Shown: positions 1 through 10,330, counted from the first letter of the stretch. The stretch: DNA of 64,000 nucleotides from an uncultured delta proteobacterium (GCA_963806485.1 CAWDXY010000001.1:654212-718211), one strand, 5' to 3'. Notes: generated from the sequence alone by a model not told the origin. Numbers and translations are program-made.

Positions 1-662
1 GGTCGGGGAGCGATATCCTCGGCGATCCGCTCGGGGGGAGGCGGAAAGCATGGCAGGGTACTGGTCACCACGTAGTGATAATAGTTGCCGTTCCAGGTGA
101 ACGTCCCGAGCGGTTTGCCGAAATTTGAAGTCATCGCGGTGAGCCGATCGCTGTCGGCCGCCGTGACGAATTTCGAGGGCGTGTACGCCAGAAAGCTGCT
201 TGCCGTCTCGGGGACGACGGCGCCCAACGGCGGCGAGAAGTTCATCTGAAGAAAATTGACCGCCGGACGCCAACCATCGGCAGTCGTTCCATTTTCCGTT
301 ATCGGCGCCCATTGCCGCTCGTCGAGCGCATCGGTCACCTGCAGCTCGCGATATTCGGGCGCGCCGGCGGCACTTCTGCGCAACTCGATCACGCCTGGAA
401 TTTCGACGTCGAGTTGGCGACAGCTGTCGCCGCTGTCCATTGCGCTTTCGCGCCCTTCCTCCACCCTCTTTACGATATCGGCGTCCTGATTCCTGGACGC
501 GCCAACACCTGCCGTCAACTCAACGGCTCCCTCGCCGACATCCGCCGCGACGTTAGCGGCGATCGGCGCGAATTGAGCCGCCGCCATCCAGCATCCGCTG
601 ATCCCAACGGCCACCGCGGCCGCGAATACCGCGACCAGCGATGCGCATAAATGTCGCCTCAA
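1..662 (-). CDS. Putative lipoprotein, 3' end runs off the window start
   Basis: Minus-strand frame is open from position 662 (TTG; alternative ATG at 587) to position 1. It is absent from the ORF track because there is no stop inside the window. The N-terminus RRHLCASLVAVFAAAVAVGISGC has a basic n-region, a hydrophobic core and an ISGC lipobox. GC3 is typical for this genome. Confidence 0.4.
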   Translation of the reverse strand, partial: MRRHLCASLVAVFAAAVAVGISGCWMAAAQFAPIAANVAADVGEGAVELTAGVGASRNQDADIVKRVEEGRESAMDSGDSCRQLDVEIPGVIELRRSAAGAPEYRELQVTDALDERQWAPITENGTTADGWRPAVNFLQMNFSPPLGAVVPETASSFLAYTPSKFVTAADSDRLTAMTSNFGKPLGTFTWNGNYYHYVVTSTLPCFPPPPERIAEDIAPR

Positions 663-1364
663 GCGATCGATATGACCCCCGGCCGAAAACCGTCAGCGCG
701 CCGATGAACGCCTCAAGCATGGACGCCGCGATTCGGTTGCGGTTAGCCTAGCAGAAATCGCGCGATACAAAATGCCTGGGCGGAAACTTGCCGCAGATTG
801 ATTTGGTGAAAAAAGAACGGCCGGGCTACGAGTGGGGACCGTGGTGGGGAGCCGACGGTTCAAGTAGCCCGGCCTTTGCTTGGGGACAGACGCTGTTGTC
901 TCGGGGGAGGAGATTGTCAGCGCAACAGGAAGAGAAGCAAGCATCGTGCCTCTGGGAAACCGAAGCGAATTCAAGGAATCGCCATCAAATTTTTTTCTCT
1001 TTCTGCGACGCGGGACACGTGAAAGTCTCGAATTCGGCCACTTTCCCAAGAAATTCGAGAGTTTTGCAAGTTGCGACCGCTCCGCCAGATGCGACCTTAT
1101 ATTGTTCGCATCTCACGGATGCGTCCTGCGGGTTGCTGCAACCTGACTGCACCGCGCGCGGCCCGGGTCATGCGTCGAATACCGGTAATTCTCTTCTCCC
1201 GCCGAATTTGTTTTGACAGTTCGCGCTTCCACTCGACGACGCCGTCATACACAACGATCGCGTGCGCCGCGCTCGGTCGCGTGGAAATTTTTGTTGAGTA
1301 AAAATCGATGCGCGGAGGAACCTCGGTTGAGAGCCGATCGTCGGTGTGTTACTTCCTAAGGGCT

Positions 1365-1438
1365 CGGGGCGTAGCGCAGCTTGGTAGCGCACCTGCCTTG
1401 GGAGCAGGGGGTCGGCCGTTCAAATCGGCTCGCCCCGA
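1365..1438 (+). tRNA. tRNA-Pro (anticodon TGG)
   Basis: Cloverleaf read directly: acceptor CGGGGCG/CGCCCCG, D-stem GCGC, anticodon loop CTTGGGA, T-loop TTCAAAT. No CCA encoded. Confidence 0.8.
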
Positions 1439-1441
1439 TTC

Positions 1442-1518
<77 letters not shown>

Positions 1519-1580
1519 CGGAGGCGAATTGTGAGATCGGCGGCTCGAGACGCGCCGGTTTGATAGAATAGACCGAATGT

Positions 1581-1657
1581 GGTGAGTGTAGCTCAGTTGG
1601 CAGAGCATCGGATTGTGGCTCCGGCGGTCGAGGGTTCAAATCCCTTCACTCACCCCA
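1581..1657 (+). tRNA. tRNA-His (anticodon GTG)
   Basis: Extra G-1 encoded before acceptor GTGAGTG/CACTCAC, anticodon loop TTGTGGC, discriminator C, CCA encoded. These are hallmarks of bacterial tRNA-His. Confidence 0.8.
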
Positions 1658-1689
1658 AACATCCTGCTACGTAAGCAAGCTTCGACGGT

Positions 1690-1765
<76 letters not shown>

Positions 1766-1879
1766 AAAACACGGAACAGGAATGCTGCAGGTCGCCTGGA
1801 CGGAAAGCCAGTCCACCGATTGTGGTTGAAGACATGCTTCAAGCTGACAATCGGTCGCGCTGACTCCAATGTGAGAAAC

Positions 1880-2200
1880 TCATTCCGAGGGGGTGGAGAC
1901 ACAGTGCTTGTTCCCGACGGCCATGCCGTTTTTACAGCCGGGAACGGGGTCGCCGGTACCAGGAGTGCCAAGAGGAGGAGTGCCAATTGTATTATCGGCG
2001 CTTCCCTCCAGACTATTGCCGGCGCCAACTTGGGAATCTGGAGCAGCGAGTTCAGCAGCAAGCAGGCCGGCGGGTATAACTGTTTGCGTGACGCCCGTCT
2101 GGTTGCTGGCGCTCTCAGGTAGGTTCCCGCAATACGCGGATACGGCGGCGCCCGTAACCAGGATCAACGCCATCGAAACAATTGTAAGAAAGTTCTTCAT
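1880..2200 (-). CDS. Small secreted hypothetical protein
   Basis: ORF whose N-terminus MKNFLTIVSMALILVTGAAVSA reads as a signal peptide. No recognisable domain. Confidence 0.35.
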   Translation of the reverse strand: MKNFLTIVSMALILVTGAAVSAYCGNLPESASNQTGVTQTVIPAGLLAAELAAPDSQVGAGNSLEGSADNTIGTPPLGTPGTGDPVPGCKNGMAVGNKHCVSTPSE

Positions 2201-2416
2201 TGCTACACCAACTTTGTTCAAAATTTACCGAGCGGAGACCTGTTTTAGTCACAAAACTAGTTTTATCGCAAGCGATGGTGTGGCAAGCCGTCCGCCGCCC
2301 CGGCTCAGAGATATGACACGGCGATGCCGCCCCCCTTTTTGGGGGACGGCATCGAAGCTCAGCCGCGCGGCGAACGAGGACATTCCGCCGCAAGCGCTGC
2401 CCTGGGTTCGTTGAGC

Positions 2417-2743
2417 CTATTTCAGCGCGGAAAACTTCGTCGGCGCCAGGATCGAATTGCTGAACGATGCGATTAGTGGGCCGCCTTCCTCGCTCTTGTC
2501 GCGGGCGGCAATCCAGTCCGGATCCGCTTGAAATGCCGCGAATTTCTTTTGCCGCTCATCCAGCGAATCCCACTTCAGAATGTAGTAAAGGTCGGCGTTC
2601 GATTCGCCGATTACTACCGTCCAGAAGCCAACTGGCTGGATGCCATGCTTCTCGAACAGCTTAACGGTCGCGGTCTCGAAACGTGTCACGACGGCGGGCA
2701 ACTTGCCCGGCATACAATGATAAATTCGCAGTTCGTACAGCAT
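2417..2743 (-). CDS. NIPSNAP family protein
   Basis: 108 aa. The MLYELRIYHCMPGK start and the dimeric alpha+beta barrel length are typical of NIPSNAP proteins. Confidence 0.65.
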   Translation of the reverse strand: MLYELRIYHCMPGKLPAVVTRFETATVKLFEKHGIQPVGFWTVVIGESNADLYYILKWDSLDERQKKFAAFQADPDWIAARDKSEEGGPLIASFSNSILAPTKFSALK

Positions 2744-2770
2744 CGGAACCTCACTGTTGGATTTTCTGAG

Positions 2771-3499
2771 CTACCATTTTCCCAGATGTGCGCCACCATC
2801 GACGTGGAGCACTTCCCCAGTTACCAGGCGGGCCTCGGTGAGATACAGCACAGCCTCGACGATATCCTGGACGTCGACGATGCGTGCGAGCGGCGACAAA
2901 GCCTTCAAAACATCCTCGGGATCGTTCTGATGCATCGGAGTGTTGACGACGCCTGGCGCGACCGCGTTCACGCGGATGCCATCCTTTGCATACTCCATCG
3001 CGAGGCTGCGCGTGATGGCCTGGATCCCGCCCTTGGTGATCATCGGGACCGAAGCATTCACGCCGGCTATGGGATGGTCGGCCATTGTGGTCGTCATGCT
3101 GACGATGCTTCCACCAGATTTTTGCGCCACCATCTGTTTAATCGCGAGCTGAGTGATGTAGATAAAGCCTTCCAGGTTGGTGGAAGCGAGAGATCTGAAG
3201 TCCTCGGCCGTGTAGTCCGTGAAAGGCTTGGCGAAGAATATACCCGCGTTGTTGACAAGCGCGTCGATTGACCTGAATTTGCTCATCGCAACATCGACAA
3301 TCCTGGCCGCTGTTGCACTCGCGCCGATATCTCCGTCGACCAGTGCCAGTTTATCCGACGGTAGGAACGCGCCGGATTTGGTCATATCCCGGGAGGTCGC
3401 GACCACAGAGTAACCCCGCTCCAGATAAGCTTTCACCAGGCCCGCTCCGATGCCCTGCGAAGCACCGGTTACGATGACCGTCTTAGGTGCGTTCGGCAT
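2771..3499 (-). CDS. SDR family NAD(P)-dependent oxidoreductase
   Basis: TGASQGIG Rossmann motif, an NNAG motif and a catalytic-tetrad-like spacing. Confidence 0.85.
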   Translation of the reverse strand: MPNAPKTVIVTGASQGIGAGLVKAYLERGYSVVATSRDMTKSGAFLPSDKLALVDGDIGASATAARIVDVAMSKFRSIDALVNNAGIFFAKPFTDYTAEDFRSLASTNLEGFIYITQLAIKQMVAQKSGGSIVSMTTTMADHPIAGVNASVPMITKGGIQAITRSLAMEYAKDGIRVNAVAPGVVNTPMHQNDPEDVLKALSPLARIVDVQDIVEAVLYLTEARLVTGEVLHVDGGAHLGKW

Positions 3500-3585
3500 A
3501 GACGAACTCCCTTCGTATTCGTTTGCTGCAGCGTGCGGATCCCGTGCCGAATAACAACATCGGGTCCGGTGACTCTAAAAAAACT

Positions 3586-4146
3586 TCAGGGGCGGTCGGC
3601 GGATGGTTTCCTTCTTCGCGTGGCCATCTTTTTCGGCGCCTTCGTCGACTCGGGCGATGGCGGCTCATCGCCATTACTGGATGAAGCCGACGCAACGGCG
3701 ACTGCGGGCACACGCCGCCGGCGAATCGCGGAAAGAGTCTCCGCGAGTTCGACCGCGTGTGGCGGCTCCGCGCGATCTTCGCGGGCGACGAAATCGCTCA
3801 AAGATAAAATTCCGACCAGCCGGCCGCGCGAGTCCACCACCGGGAGGCGGTGAATTTCGTGCGTGCGCATCAGGCGATGCGCCTTTTCCACGTCGTCGCC
3901 GCGCGCGCAGGTGATTACACGCCGGGCCATCACGCGCTCGACGGGAATCGCCTCAAGCGGCAGGCCTTGCGTGTATGCGGCCATCGAGATGTCGCGATCG
4001 GTGAGGATTCCCGCGAGCCTGCCGTGCGAATCGACGACCGGCGCGCATCCGCAATCGTGATCCCACATTATGCGGGCGGCCGCGTTCAACGAATCATGAA
4101 TCGTGCACGCTCGCACTTCGCGCGTCATCAAGTCAGCGACTTTCAC
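3586..4146 (-). CDS. CBS domain-containing protein
   Basis: Tandem CBS motifs (GILTDRDI, LPVVD) with a basic, low-complexity C-terminal tail. Confidence 0.75.
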   Translation of the reverse strand: MKVADLMTREVRACTIHDSLNAAARIMWDHDCGCAPVVDSHGRLAGILTDRDISMAAYTQGLPLEAIPVERVMARRVITCARGDDVEKAHRLMRTHEIHRLPVVDSRGRLVGILSLSDFVAREDRAEPPHAVELAETLSAIRRRRVPAVAVASASSSNGDEPPSPESTKAPKKMATRRRKPSADRP

Positions 4147-4183
4147 TGGATGGCACTCCTCGCAGCAGCATTGTGCGGCCGGT

Positions 4184-4651
4184 TCATTTCCAGGTTGAGA
4201 ATGGTTTGATCGACAGATTCGAGTTGTAATAGCGGGGATCGCCGCTCACCTCGCGGTCGATCCAGTCGGGAAGTTCGACCTGCTCTTTAGGCTCCTTGAG
4301 TTCGACTTCGGCGAGAGTCAGGCCGTGATTCGCGCCGCCGAATTCGTCGACTTCCCAGGTATGGCCCTTGAACACGATTCGGTAGCGGGTCTTCTCCACG
4401 GGCGGATGCTCGCACAATTTACCCATAATCTCGTTCGCATCGGCAAGCGGAATCTCGTACTCGTATTCGTCGCGCGTGATTCCCGAAGTGGCGCCCTTCA
4501 TCGTCACGAACGCGCGGTCTCCGTATGTGCGCACGCGGACAGAGTTCTTCTTCGAGGCCGAGAGATATCCCTGGCGAATGGCGAGGCCGTCGCCTAGATC
4601 GCTCCACTTGCGCGGATGAACCAGGAATCTGCGTTCGATTTCCTTCGCCAT
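4184..4651 (-). CDS. CYTH domain protein (CyaB/triphosphate tunnel metalloenzyme-like)
   Basis: N-terminal EIERRFLV motif and C-terminal EVELKE motif, 155 aa. Confidence 0.7.
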   Translation of the reverse strand: MAKEIERRFLVHPRKWSDLGDGLAIRQGYLSASKKNSVRVRTYGDRAFVTMKGATSGITRDEYEYEIPLADANEIMGKLCEHPPVEKTRYRIVFKGHTWEVDEFGGANHGLTLAEVELKEPKEQVELPDWIDREVSGDPRYYNSNLSIKPFSTWK

Positions 4652-4712
4652 GTCTTTTTACTGTCCACGGCGGACGGTTGGCGATCGCCTAGCGTCGCCG
4701 ACGGTTCGCGCC

Positions 4713-5330
4713 CTAATTTGCCGAGGCGCCGGCGCGCGGCGTCATTCCAGTCATCAACTTCAGATGACGAACATAGTTTATGTTCGCATGCGAGTTCAGG
4801 CCAAGCTTTGCAATCGCGCGAAGGACCGCGGCCGGGTCTTCGGATTCGATGGCGACGGTTTCGGAGGTGGCGCCGCCGGCGATTCCAACTTCAGCGAATT
4901 CAGCGGTGAACTTTTCCGACACGAATCGCCAACGCGTTTTCACCACGTCCACGATCGCGAGGTCGGGATGCGGCCGCACCAGGTCGCGGACAAACTCGAC
5001 GTGCGTGTACGACGGCTGCGCGATGTGCGGAGTCGCGACCGCGAGATGGGGAAAGACCTGCTCGACGATCGTGCGCGAGTCGAGCGGGAACTCGCTCGTG
5101 AGCTTGGGACGCCATCGTTCGAGGCGGCCGACCTGCTCGAACATCAGCTTGATCTGGAGCAGACTGGCGCGAATCTTAAGATTGGCGGCGTCAGTGGTGC
5201 GCGAGAGAATGTGGGTCTCCGCGCTTTCACGCGGCTCGGAGGGCGCCGCAATCGCAGCCAGCCGATCTCGAAACGGGCCTAGCTGATTTCCCCAGACGCG
5301 GAATTCGAATCTTCCCAGCGGATTGGTCAT
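4713..5330 (-). CDS. Hypothetical protein (possibly CYTH-like)
   Basis: 205-aa ORF with normal amino-acid composition. The opposite-strand ORF 4650-5282 is Arg-rich shadow. EFRVW and AEFAEV motifs weakly resemble a triphosphate-tunnel domain. Confidence 0.45.
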   Translation of the reverse strand: MTNPLGRFEFRVWGNQLGPFRDRLAAIAAPSEPRESAETHILSRTTDAANLKIRASLLQIKLMFEQVGRLERWRPKLTSEFPLDSRTIVEQVFPHLAVATPHIAQPSYTHVEFVRDLVRPHPDLAIVDVVKTRWRFVSEKFTAEFAEVGIAGGATSETVAIESEDPAAVLRAIAKLGLNSHANINYVRHLKLMTGMTPRAGASAN

Positions 5331-5442
5331 CGTCGTCGCGACGGCACGTCATCGCGGCCGCGCACCACGATAGTATTAGTGCCGGGCGTGCAGGAAGATC
5401 AGGCGGCGACCCATTTTCAGTTTTCCAAGTTTGGTGAGCCTT

Positions 5443-5976
5443 TTACGCGCCGGCCCCTTCTCTCATTCCTGCCCCTCGGGCGGACGAACCGGGATCGCCG
5501 CCGTTCGATCGTTTGCGCGACGAGCGGCCGGCGCGGACGACTTGCCTGCGGCCCACCGAGCGCATCTGCTTGGTCGGCAGATCGTTGACGCTCAACAGTC
5601 CGAGCCGCGAGCGCAACGACTCGGGCTCGATTCCCAGCACGTCGCATACGTATTCAAAGGAGAACGGACTGTGGATGCCCATTTCGGCGCGGAACCATCG
5701 CTGAACTTCATCGAATTGCTCGCGGTCGGATCGCCGCGCCGAGTTGATCGTCTTCACGTAGCATCGCACGGCGTCTTCGAGCACCGCGAAAACCAGCCGC
5801 GTCTCGCCGTCGAGCATCGAGCGCCGCCGGGTTAAATCGAAAAACTGGACGGGCACCAGAAAGTCCGGCTCGAAGCGCGCGCTCAGCCACGGATCCGGCC
5901 CGGCGCATGCGTCGATTACCCGGTTCTGATTCGAAGGTCCGTATTGGAGAACCTGTTCTGACACAGCTGTAGACAT
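5443..5976 (-). CDS. Hypothetical protein
   Basis: 177-aa ORF with a basic C-terminal tail. No recognisable domain. Confidence 0.35.
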   Translation of the reverse strand: MSTAVSEQVLQYGPSNQNRVIDACAGPDPWLSARFEPDFLVPVQFFDLTRRRSMLDGETRLVFAVLEDAVRCYVKTINSARRSDREQFDEVQRWFRAEMGIHSPFSFEYVCDVLGIEPESLRSRLGLLSVNDLPTKQMRSVGRRQVVRAGRSSRKRSNGGDPGSSARGAGMREGAGA

Positions 5977-6409
5977 GCTCGTGGGACCCTCCTTGAGCCG
6001 AATTTGGGAACCTGCTTGGTCAGCATGGTCTGTGCCAACTCGGCTACGGGCATGTTAAGCTGAGAAATCGAGGAATTCAGGGGCGTTCCCGGGCTTACGA
6101 CGCGCGATGCTGCTCAATTATGCGGCATCATTACGATTGTCGCCTGTGCAATCGGATTTCTCGCGTGGCCGGGATCAATCTCAAAAAAGGCTCTCGCGTG
6201 TGCCCCGCGATCCGGCTACACTGCCGCGGTCCGGGGTGCAGTAATCCCGATCAAGCAACCGATTTGAAACAATTTCCGTATATGGAACTACTGGACTCGA
6301 GTTGTGCTCAGCAAGAGTATTGTGTTCGTTCGATCTTCTTAATGTGGCGCGAGGCACGATCAATGCTGATATTAAAAACCGGATCGACGAACCTCAACGG
6401 TCCCGACAA

Positions 6410-7087
6410 ATGAAAACTCGAACCAAAACCCGACCGACGAAAACCGTGACGAAAACCGTCAAAAGGCAGAAGACCAAGATGGAAGCCGCAGTTAGCACCG
6501 GCGGACGACGGATCGATGCGCTCAAGCGCATGCTCGCCAAAGAGCGCGCCGAGACGCTCGCCCGGGTGAAAGAATTAATGCGCGAGCAGGCCCGCAACGG
6601 CGGCCAGCCGCCGGCTGATGAAATGGACGTGGCGCGATCGCTATCCGAAGTGGAGACGCATGCGGCGCTGTTCGACCGCGCGCAGGAACGGCTGAGCGCG
6701 ATCGACGCTGCAATCGCGCGGCTGGGAGCGGGAGTCTATGGAACCTGCGCGCGATGCGGCGATGAAATCCCGCTGGCGCGGCTCCAGGTGATTCCGTTCG
6801 CGCAGTTCTGCGTCGATTGCCAGAACGAAGCGAACACTGAAGCTCGCAGCGGTCAAAGTGGTTTGGCCAAGCCGTTTGGCGGCCGCTGGTCCGGGCCCGA
6901 AGAGCTCAGCAATCCCGATGACGCCGAAGAACATGTCGAGCCGGTGCGCAATGCCGACGACGATGTGCAAGTCGACAGCGCGTTTGGGCCCGACGAGGAC
7001 GAGCTCGAAGCGACGGGCGTCGAGAAGCGTCGTCGCGGGCGTCCGCCGAAAGCGAAGAAGCCGGCCGTGCAGAAGAAGATGCGCTAG
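6410..7087 (+). CDS. DksA/TraR family C4-type zinc finger protein with Lys-rich N-tail and C-terminal AT-hook
   Basis: CARCGDEI...CVDCQ four-cysteine finger. Coiled-coil tip DEMDVA fits DxxDxA. N-terminal KTRTKTRPTKTVTKTVKRQKTK and C-terminal KRRRGRPPKAKKP (GRP AT-hook core). Confidence 0.75.
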   Translation: MKTRTKTRPTKTVTKTVKRQKTKMEAAVSTGGRRIDALKRMLAKERAETLARVKELMREQARNGGQPPADEMDVARSLSEVETHAALFDRAQERLSAIDAAIARLGAGVYGTCARCGDEIPLARLQVIPFAQFCVDCQNEANTEARSGQSGLAKPFGGRWSGPEELSNPDDAEEHVEPVRNADDDVQVDSAFGPDEDELEATGVEKRRRGRPPKAKKPAVQKKMR

Positions 7088-7355
7088 GCAGGGGTGACCT
7101 CCTTCGGCTTCGCTCAGGACAGGCTCTGCACCCAGCAGTAAGAGAGGATGCGCGGACCCTTTGCGCGGAGTGTGTCTCATTGCGGGACGCGGATTGGACT
7201 GTTGCGGAACCTTCGGGTGATCGTCGCGGCTCTTAGATCCCGATTCCCAAGCATCTCGTGCGGTTTCCTCCAGGCGATGACGGCTCGCCGATCGGCATGG
7301 TGATTGCTCTGCTGTGACATGCAGTGGCGCGATCGCCTGCGCGAGGATCTCTCGA

Positions 7356-8159
7356 ATGGACTTGTTGCTGGTTGAAGACAACCCGACCGATCGGATGGTT
7401 ATCCAGGCCCGGCTGCGGCACGGATTCCCGGGCGCTCAGATTCTGGCGGCTGACGACCCGATTGGTTTGAATGAGCATCTCAGGCGCGCGGGCTGCGATA
7501 TCGTAATCACCGACTACTGGCTGGGCTGGAGCGACGGATTGTCGGTTCTTCAGCGGGTGCGCGAGCGATGGCCGCGGACGCGCGTAATAATGCTGACCGG
7601 CAACGGCGGCGAAGAAGTGGTGGCGGGCGCGTTCAAGTACGGATTGTTTCACTACCTGCTTAAGCCTGACGGTTTCGACGAGCTCGTGTCGGTGACGGGC
7701 GCGGCGATGGAGAGCAAACGGCGCGAAGATTCCCACGCGCTGATGGCGATGATCTTCAACTCGATTCCTGAAGGAGTTCATTGCGTGGATGCCGCCGGCA
7801 CGATCGCCGCGATCAACACGGCGGCGCGTCAGATGTACGGATACGCCGCAAGCGAGATCGTCGGACGCACCGTCGAGACCCTGCTGCCGGCGGGCCGGCG
7901 CGACGAAATCCGGCGGTTGCTGGTGCGGGCGTTCAGCGGCGAAATCATGCCCCGGTTTCCGATCGTCCAGGTCCGCAGCGACGGCGTCGAAATCGCGGTC
8001 GCGATGACAATTGTCCCAATGCGTGACAGCGACGGCGCGGTCTCCAGTGTGGCGTGTATCACCACGTCAATCGGCAAGGCGGTTCGCCCGGTCGTCGAGC
8101 CGAGCCGGCAGCATGAGCCGCATGCGCCGCGGCTTTCATTGGATTTGAGCATTCATTAG
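7356..8159 (+). CDS. Response regulator receiver + PAS domain protein
   Basis: DLLLVEDN...ITDYWL receiver motifs followed by a PAS-like segment (FNSIPEGVHCVDAAGTIAAIN). Confidence 0.75.
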   Translation: MDLLLVEDNPTDRMVIQARLRHGFPGAQILAADDPIGLNEHLRRAGCDIVITDYWLGWSDGLSVLQRVRERWPRTRVIMLTGNGGEEVVAGAFKYGLFHYLLKPDGFDELVSVTGAAMESKRREDSHALMAMIFNSIPEGVHCVDAAGTIAAINTAARQMYGYAASEIVGRTVETLLPAGRRDEIRRLLVRAFSGEIMPRFPIVQVRSDGVEIAVAMTIVPMRDSDGAVSSVACITTSIGKAVRPVVEPSRQHEPHAPRLSLDLSIH

Positions 8160-8282
8160 TGCGCCCGGCCGTGCGCCGGCGCTCGCCACATCTGTTTGGA
8201 TCGCTGGACGCCGTTCTAAGGGCATTCGGGCCCTTAGAGCCGCTACCTTGGCGCCCGCTGGAAGACTAAAGTAACCGGTCTG

Positions 8283-9698
8283 ATGGCTCGCAATGACTCG
8301 CCCAGACTGACCGAGCACGGCGCATTGAATCATGTGCCGTTTGTCCGCAGCCGACCGGTCCGGATCGCGCTCTACTACGCGCTCGGCGGACTTCTCTGGG
8401 TGGCGGTTTCCGATCGCGTCCTGTCGCTCATGCCGGCGCATTCGTACGACCTCAACCGGCTTATGTTCGTCGCGGTAAACTCGCTGCTGCTATACCTGGT
8501 GGCGGCGCGCTACATGAAAACGATTCGCGTGTCGGTCGCGGCGCGCGAGGAGGCATTGGTGCGGGCGCGCGGCTACTTCGAGTCGTCGGTCGAGGGAATT
8601 GTCTCGGCGGACAGCAACGGAATGATACGCCAGCTGAATCCGCGCGGGCAGGAACTGTTTGGCTACCACGAAATGGAACTCGTGGGTCAGCCGATCGAAA
8701 TGCTGATACCGCAACGCTTCCACTATCGGCACGAAGCGCATCGCAGCGCGTTTTTCTCGGCGCCAAAATCCCGCATGATGGGCCGCGGAATGGAGATTGC
8801 GGGCCGCCGCAAAGACGGCAGTGAGTTTCCCGCCGAGATCAGTCTCAATGTCGTGCATACGCATCGCGGCAAACTGGTGATCGCGTTCGTGACGGACATC
8901 AGCGAGCGCCGTGCGATGGAACGCGAGGCGCGCCGCAACGAAACGGTCGACGCTCTCGCCGCGGTCGCGGCCGGAATCGCGCACGAATTGAACAATCCGC
9001 TGGCCGTGATGGCCTCGCGAATCGAGCTGATGCTCGCGTCGGACCAGGATCTCGGCGTCCAGACGCGCGACGACCTGCTGGTGCTGCAAAAGAATATCGA
9101 ACGCGCCAGCCGCATCTCGCATAACATGCTTTCGCTGGCGCGTCAGCGCCCGGGCGCGCGTATCGCCGTGGACATGAACGTGGCGGTCGAAGAGGCGATG
9201 TTGATAGTGGGTGCGGAGGCCAAGGCCGGCGCGCTCCGATACGAAACGAGCCTGGACAGGTCGCTGCCGCCGGTGATGGCCGAGCCCACAGGCCTGGAAC
9301 AGGTGCTGATCAACTTTATACTCAACGCGCGCGACGCGGGCGCGCACATGATCCGAATCGAGACTGCGCCGGCGCCGGAGCGTGCCGGTCACCTGCGGCT
9401 AACGATGTCGGACGACGGTTCGGGAATCGAGAGCGACGTGCTCGGGAAACTGTTCCAGCCCTTCTTCACGACCAAGGCGAAGGGGACGGGCCTGGGCCTG
9501 TGGCTGAGCCAGCGGATCATCCAGGATCACGGCGGCAGTGTCGCGGTCGAATCGGTGAAGGGGCAGGGCGCCACTTTCACAATAACGCTGCCGACGATGG
9601 CCGAGTCGTCCTCGGGGCGCGCGACACTCGCTGCGCGAGTCGACCGGGCGGCGAATCCGCAAATCTCCGCGGCGCGAAGCAATCAATCGGGGCGCTGA
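8283..9698 (+). CDS. PAS domain sensor histidine kinase
   Basis: N-terminal transmembrane segments and a PAS domain. H-box AHELNNPL. HATPase_c G-boxes DDGSGI and GTGLGL. Confidence 0.85.
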   Translation: MARNDSPRLTEHGALNHVPFVRSRPVRIALYYALGGLLWVAVSDRVLSLMPAHSYDLNRLMFVAVNSLLLYLVAARYMKTIRVSVAAREEALVRARGYFESSVEGIVSADSNGMIRQLNPRGQELFGYHEMELVGQPIEMLIPQRFHYRHEAHRSAFFSAPKSRMMGRGMEIAGRRKDGSEFPAEISLNVVHTHRGKLVIAFVTDISERRAMEREARRNETVDALAAVAAGIAHELNNPLAVMASRIELMLASDQDLGVQTRDDLLVLQKNIERASRISHNMLSLARQRPGARIAVDMNVAVEEAMLIVGAEAKAGALRYETSLDRSLPPVMAEPTGLEQVLINFILNARDAGAHMIRIETAPAPERAGHLRLTMSDDGSGIESDVLGKLFQPFFTTKAKGTGLGLWLSQRIIQDHGGSVAVESVKGQGATFTITLPTMAESSSGRATLAARVDRAANPQISAARSNQSGR

Positions 9699-10081
9699 TG
9701 GATTCCGCGCCGAGGCCCGCGCAAGCGAAAATTCTGATCGTGGACGACGAACGCGACCTGGTTGACGCGTACGTGCGGCTGCTCGAGCACTCGGGGCATC
9801 GATGCGTCGCGGCGTTCGACGCGAAAGAAGCAATTCAGATAATCGACGACGAATCACCCGACCTGGTGATCACGGATTTGAGCCTGCCCGACACAAGCGG
9901 CATCGAGATCATTCGCCACGTGCGAGCGAGATCCCCAGAGCACGCCGATCATCGTGATGTCGGGACACAACACGCCCGAACTCAACGAAGCGGCGCACGC
10001 GGCGGGCGCAAACATGTCGCTGCTGAAACCGGTTTCGATTGCGATGCTGAGGCGGGTGATCGGCGAAGCGCTCGCACGGTG
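9698..10081 (+). pseudogene. Response regulator (receiver only) with apparent -1 frameshift
   Basis: ATG overlaps the kinase stop (TGATG). The N-terminal receiver KILIVDDERDL...ITDLSLPDTSGIEIIRHVRARSP is in one frame. The remainder STPIIVMSGHNTPELNEAAHAAGANMSLLKPVSIAMLRRVIGEALAR is in the +1 frame. The switch lies near 9925-9940. Confidence 0.6.
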
Positions 10082-10085
10082 AGCA
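10051..10085 (+). repeat. 35-bp direct repeat copy 1 (native 3' end of the response-regulator gene)
   Basis: gcgggtgatcggcgaagcgctcgcacggtgagcag. It recurs at 13835-13869 with 2 mismatches. Confidence 0.7.
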
Positions 10086-10330
10086 GTCTGCGCTAAGAAC
10101 AAATCGCGCGATTGTTCTTCTTCCCATTGTGGGAAGGGGAACAATCGGTTTCAGGGTGTGGGAAACTGCGAATCATCCTGGTACTTCCCACAGCGGTCCG
10201 GGTTTCGCGGCAATTGTTTCTTGTACCAAAGTGCAGGTATCCGCTGAATGAATCGTTCGTTATCTAGTTGAAATCCTCATCAAGCGCAGATCACGTTTGC
10301 GACGAAGATACTTTCCGAAGAGGCAGCATT

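Noticed and set aside
2528-3271. 247-aa + ORF
   Set aside because: Antisense to the SDR gene with no motifs.
4650-5282. 210-aa + strand ORF
   Set aside because: Arg/Gly-rich antisense shadow of the better-behaved minus-strand ORF 4713-5330. High-GC genomes routinely give long spurious antisense ORFs.
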